Assembly: GCA_003614675.1 (NCBI GenBank)
Contig: ML002260.1
Span: 1 to 54,977 of the forward strand
DNA from: Dimargaris cristalligena
Lineage: Eukaryota
DNA length: 54,977 nucleotides
Direction: 5' to 3'
The notes under the pieces are model-generated. The model was given only the letters and a program-made list of their open reading frames with translations, was not told the origin of the DNA and ran no database searches. This document shows positions 24,218 to 33,976 of the stretch, one piece after another. The number at the start of each line of letters is the position of its first letter. Positions within the stretch are counted from its first letter, which is position 1. The translations under genes were made by a program, and so were the position numbers.

Positions 24218-27200
24218 CTATGATTTAAGACCAATTTGTTGGATAAGCACAGCCTGCCAACTATCCAGCAGCTGGTCGACAAACTCCACCGAGTGGGTGT
24301 TGCCGTCATACTCAAACATGATTTGCAGTGATCCGTTAACCGTTTGCGACATGGCATTAAGGGTGTGGAACATGGCTTGATCTCGCGGGAAATTGAGCGG
24401 GTCCCGTTGGGGATCCCAGTCGATGGTCAGGAAGGGCTGCTGATCATCCGGCACGGCGGGGGTCTGATTGTCGAAACTGCCGAAGTAATTAAAGGTCAAG
24501 TCAATGCCCACGGGGCTACGGGCCCACAGGCGACGGGCCTCTTCCGATGCCGACTCACCCTGATCAGCCGCATATTCAATCAGGTTGTATTCAAAACCCC
24601 GGTGAGGGAGTTTAGCCATGGTTCGTCGTACGGCAGTGAGGGAGCGGCGGAAGTCGGACCGGGGTAATTGGAAATGGAGTGGAAAGATAGTGGTAAACCA
24701 ACCTACGGTACGCGTCACATCCAAATCGAGGGCTGGCGACTCGCGGCCGTGGCACTCCATGCGTAAATCGATCATGTCTTGGCCCGTGTGCTGCTCATAC
24801 GCCATGAGAAATCCGGTGAGGAGAGCATCGGCCAGGGAAGATTTAAGGGTCTGGCAAATGTGGGTCGCCAACGACCGCGAAACAGCCGGATCCAGGCTAC
24901 GCTGGCGTAGTCTACGGCACGAGGCCCCCCGGTCGGTTGGTACCCATGTATGAGGATGGGCATCATGGTTGGTATGGGTACGCTGTTGGGGCCAGCTGTC
25001 GGCTGACAGCGTTAAAGCGTGTCGGTTTAGGGTCTCCGCCCACTGGTAGTAGGGAACGGTGGCAACGGGGAGGGGCTTGTTTCGCAGGGCTGCCGCCAGG
25101 TCCTCCCAGATAATCCGCCAGGAGTAGAAGTCCATGATGAGATGGTGGATAATAATCAGCACCCGATCACAGGAGGGAACTACGGAGTGATCGTGAAGTA
25201 AAGCCAGGGCAATCAGTGGGCCTTGGGTCAGATCCAATGAGCCCTGGAGTTGTTCAGTGATATGTTCCAACTGGGCTGACCCGTTGATAGTATGTTCCTG
25301 GGTTAAAATGTCTGTATTAGGTTGGCAAGTGACTCGGGGGATACTCTGGACCCACCTACCATCAACTTGAGAAAACTGGGCGCGAAGCACATCATGGTGA
25401 TCCATGACACTAGCTAAGGCTCTGGTTAGGTCACCCAGTGTTGCCGAGCCATGAAGTCGATACATGAAGGATTGGTTGAAGTAGTGTGGGTTGGGTAGGG
25501 ACTGGCGAAAAAACCCCCGTTGGATGGGGGCAAGGGCTACGGGCCCCGTCCTTTTAGTGGTCGTTAATGGAGTCTCGGGGTTAGATAAGGGATGCTCGGC
25601 CGGAGGAAGTTGCGAGGCAAAATCCTCCAGGGCTGGGTGTTGGTAGAGCAGTTTCAGCGGGACACGAACTCCCAGGATTGATTGCAGTTGGGCTATCATT
25701 TTCATGGCCGAGAGGGAGTCCCCGCCGAGTTCAAAAAACTGGGCGTTGGGGTTTAGATTCTGCGGTTCATTACCCAGCAGAGGGGCCCAGATGTCCCGGA
25801 CCAAAATCATGGGCTCGGTCCACGTTGCGGAGGGTGAAGGAGAAGCAGGCTCGACTAAAGTGGATTGGCTGGGTAAACGCGTCCGATCAATCTTACCATT
25901 GGTATTAACTTCAAATCTCTCCAGTAGAATATACTCCGCGGGTACCATATAGTGGGGCAACTGTTGCCGAAGGTGCTGTTTGAGTTGGGGCAAGTCGACC
26001 GTTAAGGGTTGCACATAGGCCACCAATCGATTATCACGCATCAGCGTGAGGCAGCGTTCCACACTCGGATATTTATGCAGCGCCGTTTCAATTTCTTCGA
26101 GCTCGATTCGAAAGCCGCCCAGTTTGATTTGGTTATCCCGGCGACCCAAGTATTCAATCTCGCCTGAGGGTAGCCAACGGGCCCGATCCCCCGTTTGGTA
26201 GACCCGGCCGGGTCCGAAGGGATTAGGCCGGAATTTGGCCGCTGTTTGTTCGAGCCGGTTGACGTAGCCTGCCGTGACCGTGGGTCCCCCGATCCACAAG
26301 TCCCCCACGACCCCGATCGGGACCAGTCGGTCCTGGGCATCCACAATGTACGCATGAGTGCCGGAGAAGGGCCGACCGATGGAAATGGGTTTACCGACGG
26401 CCAGTCGGGATCCAGTGACGGCGATGGTCGTTTCCGTGGGCCCGTAAAGGTTGAACAGTTCCGCATGGGCCGCCAATTGGGCCAGGAGGGAGTCCGGGAA
26501 GGGTTCGGCCCCGCAAATAATGTACCGCAAACGGGGTAGTTGGTCCAAATCCAGGCGACTGAGGAACGTCGGAGTGGCCACTATGAGATCGCACTGCGCG
26601 GCAGCCGCCACTAGGTCGGAGCCGGGGAAAACCGCTGTGCTACCCCGGCAAAGCGCCAAATAAACCGCATAACCCGCCGCATCAAAGCTCAGGGAAAAGG
26701 ACTGCAGAAGGCGAAGACCCGCGGCAAGTGGGAGGTGAGATTGGGCGGTCATGGCGAAGTGGGTGACATTGGCGCGGGTCACCATGACACCCTTGGGCTG
26801 GCCGGTCGTACCCGAGGTATATAGCACGTAAACGAGGTCTTCGGCCCTCCCCTGGGGCGGGAGATTGGGGTAGGGGCGCGTCAGGGGAATACAGCGGTCC
26901 ACGTACTGATCAATCAGGACCACTGTCTGGCTGAGGTCGGACGGTAAGTACAGGGCTAAGGCGGCCGTGGTTAAAATGAGCGAACAGTCGCTATCTGTGA
27001 AAATATATCGCATTCGCTCTGCCGGAGACTTGGAATCCACGACCACGTACACCCCGCCTGCTTTACTGATGGCCACCAGCAGCGTGACCCCCTCCGGGCT
27101 ATTATCGCAGAAGACGCCCACGTTGGTGCCCAATGTAACCCCCTGGGCCCACCTGAGGTACCAGGCCAGTCGGTTGGCGCGCTGGTTCGCTTCGCTAAAG

Positions 27201-30200
27201 GTCCAGGATTGGCCATCGGCCATAAACACAGTCCGGTGGGGATGCTGTTCCACGACTTGCTCGAAGTATTGGTAAGGCGCCCAGTCTAAATTGACCAAGG
27301 TTTCGGGCGGGTCCCCGGAGGCCAAGTCAAGTAATTGGTCGTGGTTGGCCCATGAAATGTCCTGGAGCTGGGGGTTCTCGGGGCTGCTTGAGAGGCTCAC
27401 CACCGACTGCAGCATAGCATCGAGCTGAAAGGCCAGCTGCTCCACCGCGGCGGTTCCCGCGAAACGGTGCTGGTGTACAATGGTTAGGTCCAATCTCTTC
27501 CCCGCATCTTGAAACTGGACGGAGAGGGGGTATTCAGTGGCTTCGTAGGTTTGGTAGTTGATAAACGGCGAGGTGGGTGAACTGGTTGATGGAGTCGTTG
27601 AATCGGGGGCGGACGAAGCAAAAAGGTCGGCATTGGGGAAGTTCTGGTACACTACAATAGAGTCGAACAATTCTTCCGAACCCCGCAGTCCACACCAATG
27701 TTTAATTTTGGCCAGGCCGGTATTCTCATACTGGGATGAACGAGCACACTGGGTTTGAATTACCACCAGGAATTCAGCCAGGGACCCCGTAGGATTGACT
27801 GTGGCACTTAAAGGAATAGAGTTGATACATGGGCCCACCGTAAATTCGATACCCGGTAAATTGACGTTACGACCGGATACCACAATTCCAATGACGACAT
27901 CAGTGATCTGTTTGTAACGAGCCACCAAAACGCACCACAAGGCGCGCAGAAGAGTCGCTACGGTAATATGAAAATGCCGTGCGCAGGCCCGGACGGAATC
28001 CAGTGAACACTTCAGGCGGTGATCATGGCGTCCGTAGCCTAGGGGGACTTCGGACGGGTTCGTGATCAGTGACATGGCATCACAGGCCTGAGCCCCTGCG
28101 AGCAATTGCTGCCAGTAGACCTTACTCGGCTCAGGGTCGAGATTCGCAATATGTTTAACAAATTCGGGGAACGAGGGGCCAGGGGGCACAAATTCACTAA
28201 GAATACTAGGTGCCAACCCTTCGGCCAGTTGCCGGTAAGAGCCCACTGCATCCTGGAGCACGATGGGGCCGGACCAGCCGTCGATTAGTGCATGGTGAAC
28301 CGACCAAAGCACATGCACCGTTTCGGAATCAATTCGTCGGAGGCTGAATCGCATCAAAGGGTCGAAAGGGGTAAACCCCCGACACCGGTCAGCCCGGCGT
28401 AATTCGGCTTTGCGTTCATTCAGACCCTGTGCAGACGGTTCATTTGACCAGTCAACAAAATCAAAGGGAATGGTTTCATCCGCCACCACCACGCGAAGGG
28501 TCCCCACTGTGGTGAAGGGTAGCTCACTCACAAATCGACTTCTCAGAATGGGGTGCCGAGCGGTCACGGCGGCCCAGCAGCGACGGAACCGATCCAGCGT
28601 GAAGGTGGAATCTTTAATATCCAAGGCGACTTGGACCAGGTAGGCCGAGGGGTCTTGGATGGATTTGAACACGAGCCCCTCCTGCAGGGGGGTGCACAGG
28701 AAAACGTGTTCAACTTGGTGGGAAGGAATGGCCAAGTGGACAATACGCTGGGAGACCACCTCGCGCTCGTCCTTAGTGGCATGCCAGGGCAGTGGGATGT
28801 CGGACAGGTCCAGGGAGGGCGTGGGACCGAGTCGAATAATACGGGCCAAGTGCTGCAAACTGGTTTTCCAGGCGGACAGCAGATGGGGTCGGGTAGACCG
28901 TAGCGTTTGGACGTGCAATATCCGATTGACTGGCATGGGCTGAACAATATAGTAGATCACGGTGGGTATCGAGGACAGGAAAGTGGTGGATGCCTCCCGG
29001 GATAGGGTTAGTTGAAACACCAGCGCCCGGTCTGACAAGTAGGAGTCGGTGGTTTCGTTAAGGTCCCGATTAAGCCGTTCGTGTTGTTTAACCCAGTCCC
29101 ACAGACTCCAAGCGCTGGTCAAGTCGGCAGGGGGAGCTAAGGTGACGAACGGGCAGCCTTCCAACATCAGGTGTTCCAAATCTGGGGGATAGTCCAGTGC
29201 GCCGAAAACAGTTATTGCGGGAGCTTGGCTGTGGTCTCGCGCCGTTGTCAACAGGGAGGCCACTAGCATCTGTAGGGTACTGTATGATGAACTGGGCATT
29301 TGTTGGTCATCGGTAGGCCAGGTAAAAGTGCTGCCCATGATGCGGTCTTCACCTATAGGCTTAGCAGCAGTTGTAAAATTATCGGTCGAGCCCAGGTCGG
29401 GTTGCTGCCAGGCGGGTAAATCGTCGCCCAAGGGGCGCTGTGAATGGCGGCTGAGGTAATACGCAAGAGTGGCCCGTATAATTTGCCAGCTTAATTCCGA
29501 ATTGATGTGCTTGTCGAGGTACACCACAAAGTTAAATCCCCCCAATTCGGTGACACCAATGCCCAGGGCCCAGAGTTGGCCCCGCCGGGCATCGACTTGG
29601 GCCCGTAGGTGATCCCGCTGGCGAGCAGGGTCAAGTAGATTTTCCCAGTACGCGGAGTAAACGGGCGCAAATGTTGGAGTCAAGCAGCGCTGCCAGGTTT
29701 CTAATTGATCGTCCATTTGGTAGGTGGCGAAGAGGGCCGGGTAGAGCCAATAGAGCAGGGCCTGGAAGGAGATGAGATCGCTGGCGTCCATGCTATCCAA
29801 AGGGAGGGGCAGTACACGGTACCCGTCACTAATCGACGACCCCTTTCCGTCGACGGGACTTATGCCGGATGAAAAAATGGGGGGAGAGGGAACTCGGGCT
29901 CGACTAGCGGGACTAGTCAGGGCTCGTGGACGGACAATCGAATGGTGACTCAAGAAATACGCAGCGAGTTCCTGTGGAGTCGGGTGCTGGTACAGGGCAT
30001 GGGATTCGATGGGCCAGCCCGCGTCAGCCAGTAGTCGGACGAGTTTGATGGTTGAAATAGAGTCGCCACCTAACTCAAAGTACGAGGCTTCGACCGTGGC
30101 CGGTCCGTAAACCCGGGCTGTATCGAGGCTGGCAAGGTAAAAATGGGACAGTATGGTTTCGATTAGGGGTCGGGCGGGACTCTCCAGACTCTGGACTAGA

Positions 30201-30301
30201 TACCCAAAGTCCACCTGAGTCAGTGAGCGGCCGTAGCCCCGTACCGGGGAAGGAATAGCCTCAATTAAAGAGCCACTGCTATGGGTACTGTAGATTGACA
30301 T
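24218..30301 (-). CDS. Non-ribosomal peptide synthetase, 2027 aa, intronless; domains T-(degenerate E)-C-A-T-E
   Basis: First T domain: YFELGGDSIS (~30060). C domain: TPLQEGL...HHALIDGWS (~28290). A domain: YTSGTTGQPKG, NLYGPTETT, YQTGD, GRRDNQIKLGGFRIELEEIE, NGKIDR. Second T domain: FFELGGDSLS (~25720). Terminal E domain: LAPIQ, FNQS, HHLIMDFYSWRIIWEDL, ECHGRE, RTVGWFTTIFP, FNYFG. Confidence 0.95.
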   Translation of the reverse strand: MSIYSTHSSGSLIEAIPSPVRGYGRSLTQVDFGYLVQSLESPARPLIETILSHFYLASLDTARVYGPATVEASYFELGGDSISTIKLVRLLADAGWPIESHALYQHPTPQELAAYFLSHHSIVRPRALTSPASRARVPSPPIFSSGISPVDGKGSSISDGYRVLPLPLDSMDASDLISFQALLYWLYPALFATYQMDDQLETWQRCLTPTFAPVYSAYWENLLDPARQRDHLRAQVDARRGQLWALGIGVTELGGFNFVVYLDKHINSELSWQIIRATLAYYLSRHSQRPLGDDLPAWQQPDLGSTDNFTTAAKPIGEDRIMGSTFTWPTDDQQMPSSSYSTLQMLVASLLTTARDHSQAPAITVFGALDYPPDLEHLMLEGCPFVTLAPPADLTSAWSLWDWVKQHERLNRDLNETTDSYLSDRALVFQLTLSREASTTFLSSIPTVIYYIVQPMPVNRILHVQTLRSTRPHLLSAWKTSLQHLARIIRLGPTPSLDLSDIPLPWHATKDEREVVSQRIVHLAIPSHQVEHVFLCTPLQEGLVFKSIQDPSAYLVQVALDIKDSTFTLDRFRRCWAAVTARHPILRSRFVSELPFTTVGTLRVVVADETIPFDFVDWSNEPSAQGLNERKAELRRADRCRGFTPFDPLMRFSLRRIDSETVHVLWSVHHALIDGWSGPIVLQDAVGSYRQLAEGLAPSILSEFVPPGPSFPEFVKHIANLDPEPSKVYWQQLLAGAQACDAMSLITNPSEVPLGYGRHDHRLKCSLDSVRACARHFHITVATLLRALWCVLVARYKQITDVVIGIVVSGRNVNLPGIEFTVGPCINSIPLSATVNPTGSLAEFLVVIQTQCARSSQYENTGLAKIKHWCGLRGSEELFDSIVVYQNFPNADLFASSAPDSTTPSTSSPTSPFINYQTYEATEYPLSVQFQDAGKRLDLTIVHQHRFAGTAAVEQLAFQLDAMLQSVVSLSSSPENPQLQDISWANHDQLLDLASGDPPETLVNLDWAPYQYFEQVVEQHPHRTVFMADGQSWTFSEANQRANRLAWYLRWAQGVTLGTNVGVFCDNSPEGVTLLVAISKAGGVYVVVDSKSPAERMRYIFTDSDCSLILTTAALALYLPSDLSQTVVLIDQYVDRCIPLTRPYPNLPPQGRAEDLVYVLYTSGTTGQPKGVMVTRANVTHFAMTAQSHLPLAAGLRLLQSFSLSFDAAGYAVYLALCRGSTAVFPGSDLVAAAAQCDLIVATPTFLSRLDLDQLPRLRYIICGAEPFPDSLLAQLAAHAELFNLYGPTETTIAVTGSRLAVGKPISIGRPFSGTHAYIVDAQDRLVPIGVVGDLWIGGPTVTAGYVNRLEQTAAKFRPNPFGPGRVYQTGDRARWLPSGEIEYLGRRDNQIKLGGFRIELEEIETALHKYPSVERCLTLMRDNRLVAYVQPLTVDLPQLKQHLRQQLPHYMVPAEYILLERFEVNTNGKIDRTRLPSQSTLVEPASPSPSATWTEPMILVRDIWAPLLGNEPQNLNPNAQFFELGGDSLSAMKMIAQLQSILGVRVPLKLLYQHPALEDFASQLPPAEHPLSNPETPLTTTKRTGPVALAPIQRGFFRQSLPNPHYFNQSFMYRLHGSATLGDLTRALASVMDHHDVLRAQFSQVDGRWVQSIPRVTCQPNTDILTQEHTINGSAQLEHITEQLQGSLDLTQGPLIALALLHDHSVVPSCDRVLIIIHHLIMDFYSWRIIWEDLAAALRNKPLPVATVPYYQWAETLNRHALTLSADSWPQQRTHTNHDAHPHTWVPTDRGASCRRLRQRSLDPAVSRSLATHICQTLKSSLADALLTGFLMAYEQHTGQDMIDLRMECHGRESPALDLDVTRTVGWFTTIFPLHFQLPRSDFRRSLTAVRRTMAKLPHRGFEYNLIEYAADQGESASEEARRLWARSPVGIDLTFNYFGSFDNQTPAVPDDQQPFLTIDWDPQRDPLNFPRDQAMFHTLNAMSQTVNGSLQIMFEYDGNTHSVEFVDQLLDSWQAVLIQQIGLKS

Positions 30302-32543
30302 GGTTAAAACTAGTGCGTGGCTGTTGTCGGATAATTTGGATGATTGAAGTCCGTTATATGAATGATTAATTATACCCCGATAAATACCAAGGTGGAAAAT
30401 CGACTTTTTTTACTTAAATTCGTTAAAGGACTAAAAACCTAAAGATATAACTAGTGTAAGGTTAATGTTGGAAGATTAAATCAAAGGGTAAGCGCAAGTG
30501 CTTTCAGATGTAACTTAAAATAATTATTGAAGAGAGAAAGAACCGACAAGGGGCTAAGTTAGGTGCCCACGGTTGGTTTTATTGAGTTGGATAAAAGCAG
30601 TAATTACGATAGAAGCGATGTCCCGAGTACGGGGAGATACAGTCAAAGGTATAGAAACGGTGGGACGCGGGAAATGAATTTCTAACAGTTATTGCAGGAA
30701 TGACATAGCAGGAGTTAGAGTGGATATCGATAATATATTGCGGAGGAGACTACCTTAGTGTCGTATGCGGTGCGCTTCTTAATAATATATGCTCACCTGG
30801 TGCTCCTTTTAATATATTCACACTTATGATTTATACCGCACTATTAAACAGAAGCAGCTTACACATCATAAGCCAATTGTGAAAACCTACTCCTTAGACC
30901 TTGGGGCACCTAACGCTTCTCACGACTATGCCCGCACAAAGCGACTGAGTTTAAACGTCGGCCATTATCAATCATTGGGATATTCGACCTGTTCCACTGA
31001 CTGGTTATACAATCCATCGTGGGCAGTAGTAAGGGGCCACCAGGGACCATTCATTGAGTCAAAACAACAACAAATTCATTTGTAATTATCCACTACAGCA
31101 AACTGATTCCAATTGATGTAAAGGTTTCGAAAGCAAGGCAGGAGTGGCTCAGAGCTATTAAAGGTCTATTAGCAGAAGATCCAATGCCTTTGGGCAGTGA
31201 TTCGGAATGGGTGAGAATGACAGGAATACCGGTAGGTAAGGGACGTGATGGCTTTCCACTCAGGACCCATCTGCTAACTTGCAAAGGTCCAATGGCGGCT
31301 GATTGAGTGGTATAATGTAGGTTCTGCTCCATCCACCCCCGCCCCTAAGAAATGCAGGTGGACGAGTCCAGGAGATGGTTGGGAGAACTATTCAGTCGCT
31401 CATGCGCGCGTCACACAAGTTATTAAATTCCCTTCGCGGCCAATAAACTCAAGGACATAGTAGGCTTCAAGGAATTTCGATATAGAGGGGGGAGTGATAA
31501 TAGTCCATTGTAGGCATGAATCCACCAACCTTAGATGGCACGCACTCGTCTTTGGCAAAAGTATCCGTTTTAATACGAGACTAGTTTGTATACACGCTTC
31601 CCCCACACTTTAAATTTGCAGAACATCTTCCAAACCTTAGTAAGCAGTATCGAATTTGCCAATATATCTTGGATTGGCTATTGTATACCGGTCGGTATAT
31701 TTTTGGAATAAAATCCTATCTGAACATAGTCAACTAGCCAAATGCCGGGATATAGCTACTAGATCGAGCGTTTATAAGGCTCGTATGTATACAATTAATA
31801 AATAGTATTTGCCGCAAGGGTACCAAGGGTTAGAAATTAATGAATTTACAACATGGATTACTCCTATATTTCTTCTGAGGAGTTTGGGCGGTCCCGGATA
31901 TCCAACCGACTACCTCCACGCCAGTGGGTCGAGGTCACTATCGGCTGGGGTTTATTAGTGATCAAGAGGGTAGATTATCCTGTCTCACAAAAATGGTTCT
32001 TAATCAACATGGGAAACCCTCAGTACAAGGGTATTCAATCTTGAATATAATCTAAATGGTAAACTAGACTAGACCTATATAACCACCAGTAGCACACTTT
32101 TTATAAAATGGGCTATTCGTCATATAAGCTACGCAACTGTCTTAAGCCCCATCTACTGGTGGTAGTTATGCCTCCCCCCTCCCCTCCCTTAGGAAGGCAT
32201 AGTTGTCTCTGAAACTAAAATAAAAAAATTGGAAGCTTTAAGAGGACCCTCCAGCTTAAGGTGTAGTATAATACCAACCCAACGCAACTCGGTTTATATA
32301 CTTTATTGGATACTTCCCAAATCCCATGCCTGTGCATTGCCATCAGAACCCCGCCCCTTACGGCGTAAGGCTTAGAAACGCGAGTGGGAGGGATGCAGGC
32401 TCCTTTTCCGGACGTCCAGGAATCGATTAGGGCGTCCCCTGGCTGACAGAGAGAGAGGGTTATTAGGCGTGTTGGAAGAAAAAAGGTTGAGGTGGGATAT
32501 GGTAGTAATTAAACTGAGGAATAAATTAATAAACGCGGAAAAA

Positions 32544-33071
32544 ATATGGGTGAAATGCGGCCCAGCTGTATAAGGTTTTAAATGATATGTATATGGGATA
32601 ATATAAGGGAGATTTATTTTAAACCAGTAATATTCACTTCATCTTGTAACAATATATGGCTTTAGAGAGCACCTCACTTCGTCCAACGTCAATGCTGGTA
32701 TTAAGATAAAGATTTATTCGAGATATAGGAAAATAATAGGTAAAAATAAGGAAACAAGTAGAAAAACTAGGATGGTAATGGTGTGGAATGTTGGGGGTGA
32801 TGATGATTGCTGTTTTTCAACGTCCACCGAGGACGTTCTTTTATAAGGGATTAATTATCGTTACTGAAAGCGAGACACGGTTATGGTGTGTTGCGGCGGA
32901 GCTGGGATACCCCGGAAGAATGCAAGGCAGCGATGACTCGAGCTACTGAAAGATAGTTAAAGAGACGCGGAGGGACACGTCAATAGTATTATGTGCATTA
33001 GACAAGGGACGTAAAACGTCACACATCCAACGGATTTTTCGTTGTACAGCTTGGTTGAACCTCTTCCATAT
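32544..33071. mobile_element. MITE-like element, copy C, split into two parts (32544-32643 and 33024-33071) by ~380 bp of unrelated sequence
   Basis: Left part ATATGGGTGAAATGCGGCCCAGCTGTATAAGG...AAACCAGTAATATTCACTTCATC. Right part CATCCAACGGATTTTTCGTTGTACAGCTTGGTTGAACCTCTTCCATAT. Together they reconstruct one unit. Confidence 0.6.
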
Positions 33072-33211
33072 GGGTGAAGTTCAGCTTGGTTATATAAGGG
33101 TTTAACTAATATGTGTATGGGAAAATCGGTGAGATGTTTATTTTCAACCAGTAGTATTTGCCTTATCCAATGGATTTTTCGTTATACAGCCTTGCTGAAC
33201 TACTCCCATAT
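33068..33211. mobile_element. ~144-bp MITE-like element, copy D (tandem with copy C, sharing ATAT)
   Basis: ATATGGGTGAAGTTCAGCTTGGTTATATAA...TTATACAGCCTTGCTGAACTACTCCCATAT. Best-preserved terminal inverted repeat of the four. Confidence 0.72.
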
Positions 33212-33976
33212 GCTACTATTTTGAATAAAACATTATTTAATAAGCAGTTGGTTTAGTAGGATGGTATATTTGTAAAAGTAAGGGAAAGGGAAAGATGTAA
33301 ACAGAACACTGCTATCTGTTTGGAAGAGGGCTCCTTGTTTAAGGGGTGTACAATTATCATTTTAAATATACCAAATTACACTCCATATTTCAAATTATTT
33401 TCATACAGTTTTAATAGCATATGGTCACTCTAGCAATCGTGAAAATTTCAATTAGGGAATATAATTCCCAAAGGCAAGGAAATATTCACAATAATTGGTA
33501 TAATTTTAGAGTCCGGTTTTCAGCATCTAAAATAGTAGTTATGCTTTGCTGTCCGTTATAGGTCATTTGCCTTTTCATAAGCCAGCTTTTCCTTAGGCTT
33601 TACGGCGAGTAATTGTAAACAATGGGAACATCTGCTGCGCCATAAATCACGTGATGTGGAACAGAGCCCAACCATCCCCTGCGTATGGGGACTACTTACT
33701 ATACTTGGCTAACCCGATTTTCACCCATACAATTTTGAGAACTCAAAGGAATTAAGGCGCTGGCGGGGCTTTTATATACAACAACAACCCAGCATCCCAA
33801 GGTAGACGGGAACAACATGAGCAAGGTGCTTCAAGTAGCCACTGGCTAACCCCATCCAGAGAAAACGCTCCATTCAGCCCTATATACATAATTTTATTAT
33901 ATCCTAACCCATTTTTTATTACATACTGCGTTACCCAAATCGAGTCTATTGAACCCATCCTCAGTATACTTCCCTC

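Noticed and set aside
30879-32044. Short ORFs upstream of the NRPS as tailoring or MbtH-like genes
   Set aside because: 60-80 aa, mostly non-ATG starts and no recognisable motifs such as the MbtH tryptophan pattern.
32797-32870. Possible C/D box snoRNA (RTGATGA ... CTGA) on the + strand
   Set aside because: No terminal stem, no convincing rRNA complementarity that I can identify, and the C box is part of a (GAT)n run.
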